Source: Ignavibacteriales bacterium (lineage in GTDB: Bacteria > Bacteroidota > Ignavibacteria > UBA10030). Taken from it: 58,044 nt of DNA. Position 1 is the first letter of the stretch; each line of letters starts with the position of its first letter. The stretch spans positions 1 through 58,044 of the forward strand of contig JACQPT010000211.1 of the NCBI GenBank assembly GCA_016207415.1, in the 5' to 3' direction. Position numbers and translations under genes: made by a program. The notes beneath the pieces are model-generated. The model worked only from the letters and a program-made list of their open reading frames with translations. It had not been told where the DNA came from and did no database searches. Below are positions 8,815-21,954 of this stretch, one piece after another.

Positions 8815-9476
8815 GACAAAGAGTTAATCAACAACACATAGGGCACAAGGATAAACTGAACAGTCGAGACGACCGCGTCACGGACCGGCTGAAGTCTCAT
8901 CAGGAGAATAATGATCAGAATCCCGGCAAAACCGATCTGGCGATAGCGTTCCCCAACCTGTGGTGGCAAAAGCGATGAGACCACGTGCGAGCCGTCCAGC
9001 GGTGGAACGGGAATCAGGTTAAACACTGCGAGATAAATGTTCATCGCAATTCCATAAGAAAACATCTTCGTGAAAAACGTCGAAGAATATTGCAGCATCC
9101 CAATGTTTTCTCCTTCCAGGTTTCCTGTGAACTTTGCGAACAGGACGTAGAGAATTGAGCATGCGAGCGCTATGAGGAGGTTTGAAACCGGGCCAACAAC
9201 GGAGACAAGGATATCATCCCTGCGATAATTGCTGAAATTCATCGGGTTGACAGGAACCGGCTTTGCCCATGCAATGAACACGGTTCCCGCCGCGATGTAC
9301 GACATTAAGGGGACGAGGACGGAGCCTACGGGGTCGATGTGGGGAATGGGGTTCAGCGTCAGCCGTCCGAGGTCGCGGGCGGTTGGATCGCCGAGCCTCA
9401 AGGCCATCCAGCCGTGAGAGATCTCGTGAATGACGATGGAGAACAAGAGAATCGGTAAGACGTAGAGGTTTTCCAA
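8811..9476 (-). CDS. Site-2 protease family (M50) membrane metalloprotease
   Basis: HEISHGW (HExxH) sits in TM1, there are multiple TM segments, and NLIPVPPLDG matches the family. Confidence 0.85.
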   Translation of the reverse strand: MENLYVLPILLFSIVIHEISHGWMALRLGDPTARDLGRLTLNPIPHIDPVGSVLVPLMSYIAAGTVFIAWAKPVPVNPMNFSNYRRDDILVSVVGPVSNLLIALACSILYVLFAKFTGNLEGENIGMLQYSSTFFTKMFSYGIAMNIYLAVFNLIPVPPLDGSHVVSSLLPPQVGERYRQIGFAGILIIILLMRLQPVRDAVVSTVQFILVPYVLLINSLS

Positions 9477-9754
9477 AAAAGCCCTTTCTAGAAAAGATTT
9501 CCCGGAATCGCATGGTTGTCGAGGCGATTCTGGGGACTTTACTTGATCACTTTATGAAAAAAAGGCAACGAATTCAAGGTAATTGAGTGCGTAGCAGGTT
9601 CGGCATTGTTTTTGTGGGGCAAAACTTCCTTTCTTGTGTGTGGACGTGAAAATCCGTACCGAATCAGACATCCTTGCCGCGAAAGGTTCCAACAACGATG
9701 GTGTATGGAAATGAAAGTGGAATTTCAATCGTGCTCACCATCTCGCCACCCTGA

Positions 9755-9949
9755 TGGACAGTCAGTCAGGTGATGCTAAAGGTTTTCGATCTCCTAGGCC
9801 GCGAAGTTGCCATTCTTGCGAATGAAGAAAAGCCGGGGGGAAGTTACAGCCTACAGTGGAACGCTGCGAACTTGCCGGGCGGGGTCTACTTCTACAGAAT
9901 TGAGGAAGGACCATTTGTTCAAACAAAAAAATATTGCTCTTGAGATGAC
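9755..9949 (+). pseudogene. Orphan relic of a T9SS C-terminal sorting domain
   Basis: My translation after the TGA at 9752: WTVSQVMLKVFDLLGREVAILANEEKPGGSYSLQWNAANLPGGVYFYRIEEGPFVQTKKILLLR*. No signal peptide or functional domain lies upstream. Confidence 0.6.
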
Positions 9950-10015
9950 TTGACGGAAAACTTATATTACCTGTTACAATAATGTGCGAACAAAAAGCAT
10001 TAGCTGGTAATAACG

Positions 10016-11053
10016 GTGAGGCTGGGCACACATTTTATCTTTGCTCTTTTCGTTGCTGCTTGCACAGAAGAATCGACTTCTCCTTCTCGTGTTGACACGC
10101 CTGCGACCAAAACACCTCCCAACATCAACGGCAGGTGGAGAGGGTCTACAGATTCTCTTACCCTAGAGTTCGATATTTCCACTGAAAAGACTACAGGCGG
10201 GTCGATACAGGGAACCGCATATGTGAACGACATCATGTTCATCAACCGGATCTATGGATCGTATACCTATCCTGATATTTGTCTCCTGTTTGGAGATTCT
10301 ATCGGCAGTTGCGAATTCTCGGGCAATGCAGATACGAGCACAATTCAAGGCACCCTGACGTACGCATACTATCGGAATAAGGCAATTACATTGTCGAAGT
10401 ATGTCCCTTCAGTCGAGCGAGGACTGATTGCGCGATATTTTTTAGGCTCAAACCCTAACGATACCACGCGAAAGCACGTACCAATGACTTTGTTAAATAC
10501 GCCATTCGATCAGGGAGGAATCTATTGCAACGGCCAATATCTTTATTCTGCCGCTCCGGTTTTGAGTCCGTGCCATGCTATTACGCCAGCCCTTTCCGAT
10601 TTTCGTTTCGATGTTTTTGCAATCAGCGCAAAGTTCAAGGTCAGTGAATACCCCAACATCTTTGAACGGCCCGTCTTTGTTGGAGGGCACCTCTCACGAT
10701 GGCTTGGATTTATCTTGAGAAGTGATGGAACGGTGGCATTGCGCTACAACAATGACTCGACTCGAACAAGCACAATCGCTTACTCATTGAACGTCTGGCA
10801 CCAGGCCACGGTAACGTATGATTCCACGACGCAGGCTGCAAAGCTCTATCTCGATACCACTCTTGCATGCACGGCAGTAATTCAAATCAAACATCTGAAT
10901 GACCAAAACGTTGGAATTACGAATTTCTCCAATGCAACTGCTTTCAGAGGGTGGTTGAAGGATTTGAGGGTCTATTCTGAAGTGATGGATCCAGTACGGT
11001 TTCGCTCCCAGGTCTCAAGGAAATCTCTCCGAGAGCCTATCATGCTTCGATAG
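10016..11053 (+). CDS. Lipoprotein with C-terminal LamG/concanavalin-A-like domain
   Basis: Lipobox is FVAACT. C-terminus VWHQATVTYDSTTQAAKLYLDTTL...FRGWLKDLRVYS is typical of the Laminin_G_3 fold. Confidence 0.6.
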   Translation: MRLGTHFIFALFVAACTEESTSPSRVDTPATKTPPNINGRWRGSTDSLTLEFDISTEKTTGGSIQGTAYVNDIMFINRIYGSYTYPDICLLFGDSIGSCEFSGNADTSTIQGTLTYAYYRNKAITLSKYVPSVERGLIARYFLGSNPNDTTRKHVPMTLLNTPFDQGGIYCNGQYLYSAAPVLSPCHAITPALSDFRFDVFAISAKFKVSEYPNIFERPVFVGGHLSRWLGFILRSDGTVALRYNNDSTRTSTIAYSLNVWHQATVTYDSTTQAAKLYLDTTLACTAVIQIKHLNDQNVGITNFSNATAFRGWLKDLRVYSEVMDPVRFRSQVSRKSLREPIMLR

Positions 11054-11054
11054 G

Positions 11055-11975
11055 TTATCCCCTCGGATGGAACGTCCGATGAACTTCTTTGAGATACTCC
11101 CTATCGATGTGAGTGTAGATCTGAGTCGTTGAAATATCGGAGTGGCCCAGCATCTCCTGCACGGCTCGTAAATCCGCTCCGCCTTCCAGCAGATGCGTTG
11201 CAAAGGAATGGCGAAATGTGTGAGGGTGAACTTCCTTGTGGACTTTGGCGAGCTTTGCGTACCTCGCAACAATATCCCAAATGGCGGCGCGCGTGATTCG
11301 TTTCCCGCGAGCATTCAGGAAGACGTAATCGCCTGCTGTTCCACGTTTGGCAAGATGAATTCGCACATCCTTCCTGTAACGATTCACCCACTTCTGCGCT
11401 GACCTCCCAATCGGGACAAGCCGCTCTTTGGATCCTTTGCCATACACAAGGATCAGGCCTTCATTGAACATGAGATTTTGCTGCTTGAGGTTGATAAACT
11501 CGGAGACCCGAACGCCGGTGGCATAAAGAACTTCGAGGATAGTCCGGTCACGAATTCCCAGCGGCTGATGAGTATCAGGCTGTTTCAGAATCTCGTCGAC
11601 CTCCGCAACCGTCAGCACTTCAGGGAGAATTTTTGCGCGCTTGGGCGGTTCGAGGTTTTGGGTGGGATCGTTTCTTGCTTCCTGTTCAGCTACCAAAAAA
11701 CGATGAAATCCCCGGACGGCGGAAATATGCCGTGCGATACTGTGAGGAGATAAACCGGACTTATGAAGCCTGTGGATGAATTTACTGACCACATCTTCGG
11801 TGGCTTGGACAGCATTGGTGATGGAACGCCGTTTCAGGAAGTGCGAGTACTTCGTGAGGTCGAAGTTATAGGATGAGAGAGAGCGAGGGCTGAGGTTTTT
11901 CTCGAGCCGGAGGAATTCGAAATATCGGTCGAGTTGGCGCTCAAGATCGTTTACCGGTGTGGGTTTGGCAATCAT
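11055..11975 (-). CDS. xerD: Tyrosine recombinase XerD/XerC
   Basis: ARGKRITR...HPHTFRHSFATHLLEGGADLRAVQEMLGHSDISTTQIYTH. Start moved to MIAKPT (11975) to remove overlap with the symporter gene. Confidence 0.85.
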   Translation of the reverse strand: MIAKPTPVNDLERQLDRYFEFLRLEKNLSPRSLSSYNFDLTKYSHFLKRRSITNAVQATEDVVSKFIHRLHKSGLSPHSIARHISAVRGFHRFLVAEQEARNDPTQNLEPPKRAKILPEVLTVAEVDEILKQPDTHQPLGIRDRTILEVLYATGVRVSEFINLKQQNLMFNEGLILVYGKGSKERLVPIGRSAQKWVNRYRKDVRIHLAKRGTAGDYVFLNARGKRITRAAIWDIVARYAKLAKVHKEVHPHTFRHSFATHLLEGGADLRAVQEMLGHSDISTTQIYTHIDREYLKEVHRTFHPRG

Positions 11976-11994
11976 TCGTCTGCCCGGAACAAGC

Positions 11995-13449
11995 TCAGGA
12001 AGAAATACTCTTGCGCGAGAGTGAGGTGAGCAAAATCCCAACTAAAATTGTTGCAAGCACACCGGTAAGCGTAAACCACGTCCACGCAACAAGTTTAAGC
12101 GTAATCACGGTCACCATGACGAGAATCCCGGCCACAAATCCCGCCAGAGCGTCCTCCTGACGCGGTCTTTTAAAAAGAACGCCGAGGAGGAACGTCCCGA
12201 GTAACCCGCCATACGTAAACGAAGCGATGCTAAGAGCCAGCTCAACGACGGCCTGATCCGAATTCATGAAAAAAAATGCCGAGCCGACAAGGATGCCGCA
12301 GAACATCACAGTGAAATATCGTGAAATCCTGAGGGCGCGTTCATCGCTCATGTTCGCCCCGAAAATCGGCCGATAAAGATCGAGCACAATGGATGAAGAC
12401 ATGGAACTCATGGAACCTGAAAGCGTGGAAAGGGCGGCGGCCAACAAACCCGCAATGATCAGCCCCGACAGCCCTTCCGGCAATCCTTCAATGATAAATT
12501 TCGGGAACACCTCGTCTGCCCTGCTCAGCCCGAGAGACGAAATCGATGCACCGTTGTAATGGCCATACATGAGAAGGCCAACTGTCAAAAACATGGCAAA
12601 CTGAACAACGATGATAACGCCGCTGCCGATAAGAGCTCTGCGACCGTCGGCAAGAGATTTTGTAGTAAGGAGGCGTTGAACAATAAGCTGATCGGTGCCG
12701 TGAGAGGCCATTGAAAGAAAGCAGCCGCCGAGGATACCCGCAAGAAGAGTATAAGGTTGGGCAAAGAAATTCTCAAAGCTCAGGTTCAGGATACCGAACT
12801 TCCCTGCCTCAGCCGCCGCTCGTGTGATTCCAGACCATCCCTCCGCATGCGAGGAAATCATGACAACCGCGGCGGCAACGGCTCCGCCGAGATAAATCAC
12901 CATCTGAAAGGCATCGACCCAAATGACTCCCCGTACTCCGCCCAGGGAAGTGTAGGCAAGAGCCACAAGCGCCAGAATAAGGATCGCGGTCGGGTAGTCG
13001 ATGTCCATGACGAGTTTCAGGGGAATCGCTGTGGCAAACAAACGTACGCCGTCAGCGGCGACGCGCGTAAACAGAAATACAATGGAGGCAAACCTGCGGG
13101 TTTTGTAGCCGAATCGTGATTCCAGGAACGCGTATGCCGTTGAAAGCTCGCCTTTGTAGTAGGACGGTAGCAGGAGGAAACTCACGGCAATGCGGCCCAG
13201 GAGATACCCGAACGTGAGCTGAAGAAAGTTCAGGTTCGTGAGATACGCGAGGCCGGGGATGCTGATAACGGTAAGTGCGCTGGTTTCAGCAGCCACGATG
13301 GAGAAACAAACAGCCCACCAGGGGATGCTCTCTTTTCCCAGGAAGTAGTCCTGAGCAGATTTCTGTTTCCCGCCGCGCCATATGCCGAAAGCGACAATGC
13401 TCAGAAGATAGGCGGCGACGACAACGTGATCGATCAGGGAGAATCCCAT
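11995..13449 (-). CDS. Sodium:solute symporter family transporter
   Basis: 484 aa, about 13 TM segments, SSF-like N-terminus (AAYLLSIVAFGIW...DYFLGKESIPWW). Confidence 0.8.
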   Translation of the reverse strand: MGFSLIDHVVVAAYLLSIVAFGIWRGGKQKSAQDYFLGKESIPWWAVCFSIVAAETSALTVISIPGLAYLTNLNFLQLTFGYLLGRIAVSFLLLPSYYKGELSTAYAFLESRFGYKTRRFASIVFLFTRVAADGVRLFATAIPLKLVMDIDYPTAILILALVALAYTSLGGVRGVIWVDAFQMVIYLGGAVAAAVVMISSHAEGWSGITRAAAEAGKFGILNLSFENFFAQPYTLLAGILGGCFLSMASHGTDQLIVQRLLTTKSLADGRRALIGSGVIIVVQFAMFLTVGLLMYGHYNGASISSLGLSRADEVFPKFIIEGLPEGLSGLIIAGLLAAALSTLSGSMSSMSSSIVLDLYRPIFGANMSDERALRISRYFTVMFCGILVGSAFFFMNSDQAVVELALSIASFTYGGLLGTFLLGVLFKRPRQEDALAGFVAGILVMVTVITLKLVAWTWFTLTGVLATILVGILLTSLSRKSISS

Positions 13450-13515
13450 CTCGAGTCTATTCTGTACGATAATTCGCTGGAGAGAATTTGTGCTTCGAGG
13501 GGGTCGAAGAGGTAT

Positions 13516-13848
13516 TCAAGACCGAAGTGCTTTGGAAACAGTATCGTGAATACGAAACGCCCGGTCGAGATGAGAGATACGAATGAGAGAGAGCACTTTT
13601 TTTTGAAGGCCGGCGAGTTTCACAACCCCGCCGTTTTCACGCATTTTGCGTTCAGCGATCAGAAGGGCGCTCAGGCCGCTGCTGTCGCAGAATTCGACAT
13701 CCGAGAGGTCGACAACGAGTTCTTTGAGTTGCGGAGTGCAGAGGATAAGAAATTCGCCTTTCAATTCCGGCGAAATGCTCGAATCGAGCTTACGCTCCTT
13801 TAAACGAAAAACCACCGCGCTGCCGTTCTTCTTAACGTCGAATTGCAT
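13516..13848 (-). CDS. STAS-domain anti-sigma-factor antagonist (SpoIIAA-like)
   Basis: 110 aa. DLSDVEFCDSSGLSALL carries the conserved phosphorylatable Ser. Confidence 0.8.
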   Translation of the reverse strand: MQFDVKKNGSAVVFRLKERKLDSSISPELKGEFLILCTPQLKELVVDLSDVEFCDSSGLSALLIAERKMRENGGVVKLAGLQKKVLSLIRISHLDRAFRIHDTVSKALRS

Positions 13849-13869
13849 AAACCGTGAGTTAATAACCTC

Positions 13870-14409
13870 CTAAAACATCTCGAGACAATTGAGAAAAGTT
13901 CTATAGGCAAAAGAGCTATTCGATCGTGCACGGGTCTGAATTTGAAAATTGTAAAACTGGTCGCCGTGCGTTTTCGCAAATCCCACGCGCAGTGGGGCAT
14001 TGGAGGCCTTGCACAAAAAGGCGCTCGGAAGAGCGAAGTTGACGTTCAGGTCGAATGCCACATCGAATGTACTTCTTTTCAGTTTTCGAAGCAAATCACC
14101 GCTTGGCACATACCACGTGTTGATATCGCGTGGAGAGAAAGTGACAGTGGAGATTTTTTCGTGTATGCGCAATCCTCCAACGAGGTCATCCCGTCCCACC
14201 ACAAGCAGGTTGCCCGACGCAAACCGACGGACAAGGTACTTCATCACGCTGAGCAGCGACTCGGAGTCTGTGATGGATTCCGGGAAGATCACGAGGGCTT
14301 TGTCGGCGCGGTTGACAGCCTCCGTGAAACGAACAACAGGGTCTCTCATTTTTCGAAAATGAAAACGCGAGTACGATACGCCAACATTTATCCTGAAGTT
14401 TTCGAACAT
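13870..14409 (-). CDS. Hypothetical protein
   Basis: 179-aa ORF packed between the STAS gene and the OMP gene. I recognise no motif. Confidence 0.4.
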   Translation of the reverse strand: MFENFRINVGVSYSRFHFRKMRDPVVRFTEAVNRADKALVIFPESITDSESLLSVMKYLVRRFASGNLLVVGRDDLVGGLRIHEKISTVTFSPRDINTWYVPSGDLLRKLKRSTFDVAFDLNVNFALPSAFLCKASNAPLRVGFAKTHGDQFYNFQIQTRARSNSSFAYRTFLNCLEMF

Positions 14410-14431
14410 AGGGCGTGATGATGGCGTGCTG

Positions 14432-15085
14432 CTACTTTTTTCCTCTCATTGCTTCAAGAAGTTTCGTGATAAAATCCTGGTCGAAGAAGTAATAACGGAA
14501 CTCGAGACCCGCTCGAACGAAGGAATCGTTGGCTCCTCCGCTTTTCCTCCCGTCGAGTTTGTCGGTGTTGGTTATGACGTACTCGCCCGACGCGGTGACG
14601 GACATGAACTCACTGAGGAAGAAATCGAATCCGACACCGCCAGAATACACAATATCGATTTTATCTTCTGAAGGCGTCAGAAGGTCCGGCCCCCGGGGGT
14701 CATAGTAGAGCGCTCCCACGCCCGCGAAAACAAACGGATTAAATGTGTCGTGAGGCAAGAGATCGCCGCTCACGTAGAAATTTCCTGACAGAAGCATGGA
14801 GATGTAATCCGTACCGTTTTCTTTCCAACCGATCTGGCCGCCGGCAAAATTCGCCCGCACTCCCAGGTGTTCCATGACGGACCAACTGACACCCAGTCCC
14901 CCTCCGAATTTCGGAGCGGCTTCGAGAGTTTTCAGATCAGTACCTTTGTCATCTGTTATGAGGATATAGCCCGACCCGCCTAACCCAATGCCAAACTTAC
15001 CGCTTCGCAGCTGGCTCTGTCCAAAGCTGACCAGCAGGATACCGAGAAGAACAACCAAACCGATTTGCGAAGTGAGTTTTTTCAT
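14432..15085 (-). CDS. Outer-membrane beta-barrel protein
   Basis: Signal peptide, alternating aromatic/Gly-rich strands, and a C-terminal region with aromatic residues. Confidence 0.6.
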   Translation of the reverse strand: MKKLTSQIGLVVLLGILLVSFGQSQLRSGKFGIGLGGSGYILITDDKGTDLKTLEAAPKFGGGLGVSWSVMEHLGVRANFAGGQIGWKENGTDYISMLLSGNFYVSGDLLPHDTFNPFVFAGVGALYYDPRGPDLLTPSEDKIDIVYSGGVGFDFFLSEFMSVTASGEYVITNTDKLDGRKSGGANDSFVRAGLEFRYYFFDQDFITKLLEAMRGKK

Positions 15086-15116
15086 AGAGACCTCATATTA
15101 GTGGAGAAAAATGGCA

Positions 15117-17934
<2,818 letters not shown>

Positions 17935-18014
17935 AAGGGCGACTGACTACGCGTGAAATTCTTCCCTGAAAAAAATACCATTTATTTGGCCGAGTTTCAA
18001 CAGGAAAGGGCCGG

Positions 18015-20255
18015 TTACGACTGGTAGTTGCGCTTTTTCTCCAAGAGTTCTCTCATCGTCTTCGAAAGCTCCTCGAGCTGATAAGGTTTTTGGAGAAACC
18101 CGTCGACGGCGTGGCTGATGTGAGAAGATTCGATGCTCTGATCGCTGTAGCCCGTTGAGATAAGAACGTTCGCGTTGGGGTCGATCCCTTTCAATTTTAG
18201 GAATGTTTCCTTTCCGCCCATAGACGGCATGTTCATGTCGAGCACGACAACGTCGAACCGCTTCTTCTTCTTGTAGAGTGCGAGAGCCTTTCTGCCGCTG
18301 TCCACAATCGTCACTTTGTACCCAAGCTGGCTCAACATGCCTCCGATGATTTCGCCGACATCTTTTTCATCGTCGACGACCAGGACGCTTTCTTTTCCCA
18401 GGAGAAGCTTCGGTTCCCGTAAGGAGCGACGAAGCGTCTCTGACTCCTCAAGGAGAGGGAAGTAGAGTGTAAACTGAGAGCCGACTCCAGGCTCACTTTG
18501 TACGGTGACGAACCCGTTATGTGAATTGATAACGCCATAGACCACAGAAAGGCCAAGGCCCGTTCCTTTTCCCTGGTCTTTCGTCGTGAAAAAAGGTTCG
18601 AAGATTCTATTCTGGACATCTTTCGGCATGCCAAGTCCTGAGTCGGCGACAGAGACTGCAACGTATTCACCCACGCGGGCTTCGGCAAAGGCCGTCGGCG
18701 GGTGTTCGCTGAAATTGATTTTTTCCGCCTGTACGGCAATGACCCCTCCATCGGGCATCGAATCGCGCGCATTGATGAGAATATTCAGAAGCGCCTGCTG
18801 AATTTGGCCTTCATCGCCGTTGATCAGACAGAGGTCGACGGTGATCGTTTTCTTTACCTCGATGGTCTTGTCGACGCTCCGTTCAAAGAGGTTCAAGGTC
18901 TCTTCGATGATATCGTTCACGATCATCGGCCGGAACTGGACGTTGCCCTTGCGGGCAAACGTCAGTAGCTGGCGGGTGAGCGAAGCGCCCCTCTTTGCCG
19001 CCGTATCAATAATGTCGATGAGTCTGTACCAATGCTCCTGCGGTTTCATCTTGCGCTTCATAATGGCCGTGGAGCCGAGGATGGACGTCAGGATATTATT
19101 AAAGTCGTGCGCCACACCGCCGGCGAGATTGCCAATGCTGTCAATCCGCTGCGCATGGAGGATCTTTTCCTCCAGCCTCTTCTTTTCGGTAATGTCACGT
19201 GCAACTGCCCTCATGAGAACGGGTTTTTTCGTTTCGTCGTAGATAATCGATGTATTTACGCTGACGTCTATCAGCTGGCCGCTGCTGGTCATCATGTGTT
19301 CTTCGAGTCCCTTGACTTCGCGCCCCGTATCGAAGATCTCTTTCAACAGTCTTTGCACTTCTTCGTGATACGCCTCCGGATACAGTCTGCTGACGTGTTG
19401 GCCGACGAGATCCTCCTTGCGGTATCCGAGTCTGTCCGCCTCCGTCATGTTGCAGCTCACGACGATACCCTCGCGGTTTACGATATGATACATGTCGGGA
19501 GAATGTTCGAACAGGTCCATGTATCGCTCTTCGGATTTTTTCAATCGGTCGATGAGCGCCGTGTTTTCCATCGCTACGCCGATTTGGTTGGCGAAGGCGT
19601 TGATGAGGTCGAGCTGTTTATGGGCGAAAGCCTCCCGGCTCTTGCTGGCCAGAATAATCAGGCCGAAAAAGTTGTCCTTCATGAGGATCGGCACTGACAC
19701 CCAGGAATCAATATCGCCGAATTCCCATGTCACAATTCTCGACCTTGGCGGCCGTTTCTGAATTTTCGGCGAGCGGACCCATTGCATGCCAGGGTCGTGC
19801 AGGCTTTGTTCCAAGTCGATCATGGAAAACTCGAGTTCCTCCGTCCCTTTTTGAGCGCTGAGTATCAGTTTCATGCCATCGTAGCGATAAATCCAAGCAT
19901 ACTCGATGTCGAGAAGGCGTTTTATCTCCACGAGTACACTCTGGAGGAGGTAGCTAATGTCCACAGCGCGATTAACGGCCTCAGAAACTGTGTTCAACGC
20001 GATGAGTTCCTGCTTCTGGTCTTCGAGCAAACGGCCGTACTTGAGCGTGAACACCACAATAAGGAATCCGAAAATGCCGACCGTGAGGACGCTCCCGAAG
20101 AGAAGAAAATCGACGGTGATTTTCGGAGCGCTCGTAATCCTGACGGCGAGAATGGTGATGAGCGCGACGACGACGGCCGTTGACGCAACGACCTGTGCCT
20201 GTTCGACGGGTCCGAGAGCCGCCCGAAATTTTTTTATGTTGCGGAAGAGCTTCAC
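18015..20255 (-). CDS. Hybrid sensor histidine kinase / response regulator (TM-GAF-PAS-HisKA-HATPase-REC)
   Basis: H-box GGVAHDFNN, N/G boxes NARDSM and GTGLGLS, and a C-terminal receiver VLDMNMP. Confidence 0.9.
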   Translation of the reverse strand: MKLFRNIKKFRAALGPVEQAQVVASTAVVVALITILAVRITSAPKITVDFLLFGSVLTVGIFGFLIVVFTLKYGRLLEDQKQELIALNTVSEAVNRAVDISYLLQSVLVEIKRLLDIEYAWIYRYDGMKLILSAQKGTEELEFSMIDLEQSLHDPGMQWVRSPKIQKRPPRSRIVTWEFGDIDSWVSVPILMKDNFFGLIILASKSREAFAHKQLDLINAFANQIGVAMENTALIDRLKKSEERYMDLFEHSPDMYHIVNREGIVVSCNMTEADRLGYRKEDLVGQHVSRLYPEAYHEEVQRLLKEIFDTGREVKGLEEHMMTSSGQLIDVSVNTSIIYDETKKPVLMRAVARDITEKKRLEEKILHAQRIDSIGNLAGGVAHDFNNILTSILGSTAIMKRKMKPQEHWYRLIDIIDTAAKRGASLTRQLLTFARKGNVQFRPMIVNDIIEETLNLFERSVDKTIEVKKTITVDLCLINGDEGQIQQALLNILINARDSMPDGGVIAVQAEKINFSEHPPTAFAEARVGEYVAVSVADSGLGMPKDVQNRIFEPFFTTKDQGKGTGLGLSVVYGVINSHNGFVTVQSEPGVGSQFTLYFPLLEESETLRRSLREPKLLLGKESVLVVDDEKDVGEIIGGMLSQLGYKVTIVDSGRKALALYKKKKRFDVVVLDMNMPSMGGKETFLKLKGIDPNANVLISTGYSDQSIESSHISHAVDGFLQKPYQLEELSKTMRELLEKKRNYQS

Positions 20256-20325
20256 AGCTTCAGCACTACAAAATTACTGAGTCCTTCGCTGATTATCAAC
20301 GGGAGAGTGATCTGCGTATAGAAAA

Positions 20326-20700
20326 TCAGCGAAAAGCGCTGGAGAGGAGAGTGGAAATCTCTTCTTCATCGAAGGGTTTTACCAAATAGCCCGCTGCGCC
20401 AAGTTCTTTTGCCACTTTTTTTGCGTCATAATCATCGATGGCAGAACAAAAGACGACAGGAGTTGTGGAGAGCTTGGGGAGTTTCTTGATGTTGTCGAGC
20501 AGGTCAAAGCCGTTCATATCCGGCATCCGCACATCGCTGAAGATGAGGTCGGGCTTAAATCTCCCCAGCGTTTGAAGCGCCTCGACGCCGCTGCCCGCTT
20601 CTTTGACGTTGAACCCTTTCCTGCTCAGGTACAGAGAGAGCATGTGCCGCCACGAAGGCTCGTCGTCGACGATAAGGATATGTTTTTTTGCTTTTGGCAT
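20326..20700 (-). CDS. Single-domain CheY-like response regulator
   Basis: Start taken at MPKAKKHILIVDDEPS. Receiver Asp lies in LIFSDVRMPDMNG. Confidence 0.85.
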   Translation of the reverse strand: MPKAKKHILIVDDEPSWRHMLSLYLSRKGFNVKEAGSGVEALQTLGRFKPDLIFSDVRMPDMNGFDLLDNIKKLPKLSTTPVVFCSAIDDYDAKKVAKELGAAGYLVKPFDEEEISTLLSSAFR

Positions 20701-20704
20701 CCCG

Positions 20705-21880
20705 CTAGTTGTTTTTGCGAACCTCTGGCATCTGAGTCGTCGGAATGAGTCGTCGTGCACGGACGAAGCGTTTAAGATTGAACTCATCATAGTACGGAGA
20801 GGCGGGGTTGAAGCTTCCATAACGAACGCGGCCGGAGCTGTGAATGAAATCCTTGTTGTCCAGGTAAATCGCCACGTGGGTTATCCGTTCTGGCCGCCCA
20901 CCCGCGGGTTTCCGTCCAAAGAAGAGCAGATCGCCTTTTCGTAAGTTCTGAAAATCCTCGCCCACCGGGAGGTCTTCGCCCATCAGCGCTTGCTGGTTTG
21001 CATCCCGATTGAGCTCCATGCCGTTCATCCGGAAAACGGTTTTTGTGAAGCCGGAACAATCCATGCCCTTCACCGATGTCCCTCCCCATAAATAGGGGAC
21101 GCCCATCATCATCTTTGCCGACCGCTCGACAGTCTCGCCGTTGAGTTTGCGCGACGCTTTCCAGCTCTCGTAGTCTTCAACCATCGTCTGCTCGACGAAC
21201 CCTTTTCGGCCGTCAGCGAGCTCGACTCCAACCCACGAACCGACGCCGCCGGTTTTTTTCAACATCCCACCGACGACAACGTCACAGACCGGAAGAGCGT
21301 TAGCGTCCGGTTTTTCCCTTACCATACTAAAGAGGCCCGTTGCAATGACTTTTGGGGCGGCCGCCCAAGCGTCCACCTCCGCACGGCTCGCAGCATGGAT
21401 TGCATCGTCGTCAAGCCAGCCCAAATATTGGTCCGAGGATTGAACATAATAATAGCCGCCTTCTTTTTTAAGAAGCTTGATCGCCATGCCCATGAGCACC
21501 TGTGTGGCAAGCTCTTCCGCATTCCCCGGTTTACCTCTGACGTTGCCCACGCTGAGAATGACAATGCCAAAGAGTTTTTCTCCAAGCCTCGGATCCGGCA
21601 AGACCTGAATGCTGTCCACCAGATCGCCGGTCAACGCCGAGTGCAACGCCCTGAGCACCTCTTCTTTCGCAGCCGCATTGTCGACGTCGCCTTTGGCCAC
21701 AATTGCGAAAGCATGTTTTTCTATAGAAACATCAAATACTGCCGTTCTCCTGTCCGGTGCAAACTTGTCTTTCACTGATTTCAACGCGTCGCGGACACGG
21801 TCATCGGGTCTCTCCTGAAACGCAAATAGAGCCGATGAGGAAAGAAGCAACAGATACAGTAAGGAGCGTAATCGTTTCAC
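20705..21880 (-). CDS. NlpC/P60 (C40) cell-wall peptidase with N-terminal SH3b-like domains
   Basis: Signal peptide. Catalytic segment is GVPYLWGGTSVKGMDCSGFTKTVF, then HVAIYL. Confidence 0.85.
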   Translation of the reverse strand: MKRLRSLLYLLLLSSSALFAFQERPDDRVRDALKSVKDKFAPDRRTAVFDVSIEKHAFAIVAKGDVDNAAAKEEVLRALHSALTGDLVDSIQVLPDPRLGEKLFGIVILSVGNVRGKPGNAEELATQVLMGMAIKLLKKEGGYYYVQSSDQYLGWLDDDAIHAASRAEVDAWAAAPKVIATGLFSMVREKPDANALPVCDVVVGGMLKKTGGVGSWVGVELADGRKGFVEQTMVEDYESWKASRKLNGETVERSAKMMMGVPYLWGGTSVKGMDCSGFTKTVFRMNGMELNRDANQQALMGEDLPVGEDFQNLRKGDLLFFGRKPAGGRPERITHVAIYLDNKDFIHSSGRVRYGSFNPASPYYDEFNLKRFVRARRLIPTTQMPEVRKNN

Positions 21881-21954
21881 CTCTCGGAATCCTTTTCGTT
21901 ATGGGGACAGCAATATACGGGAAAACTCCGACGGTTCAAACAATCGCCTGTGTT

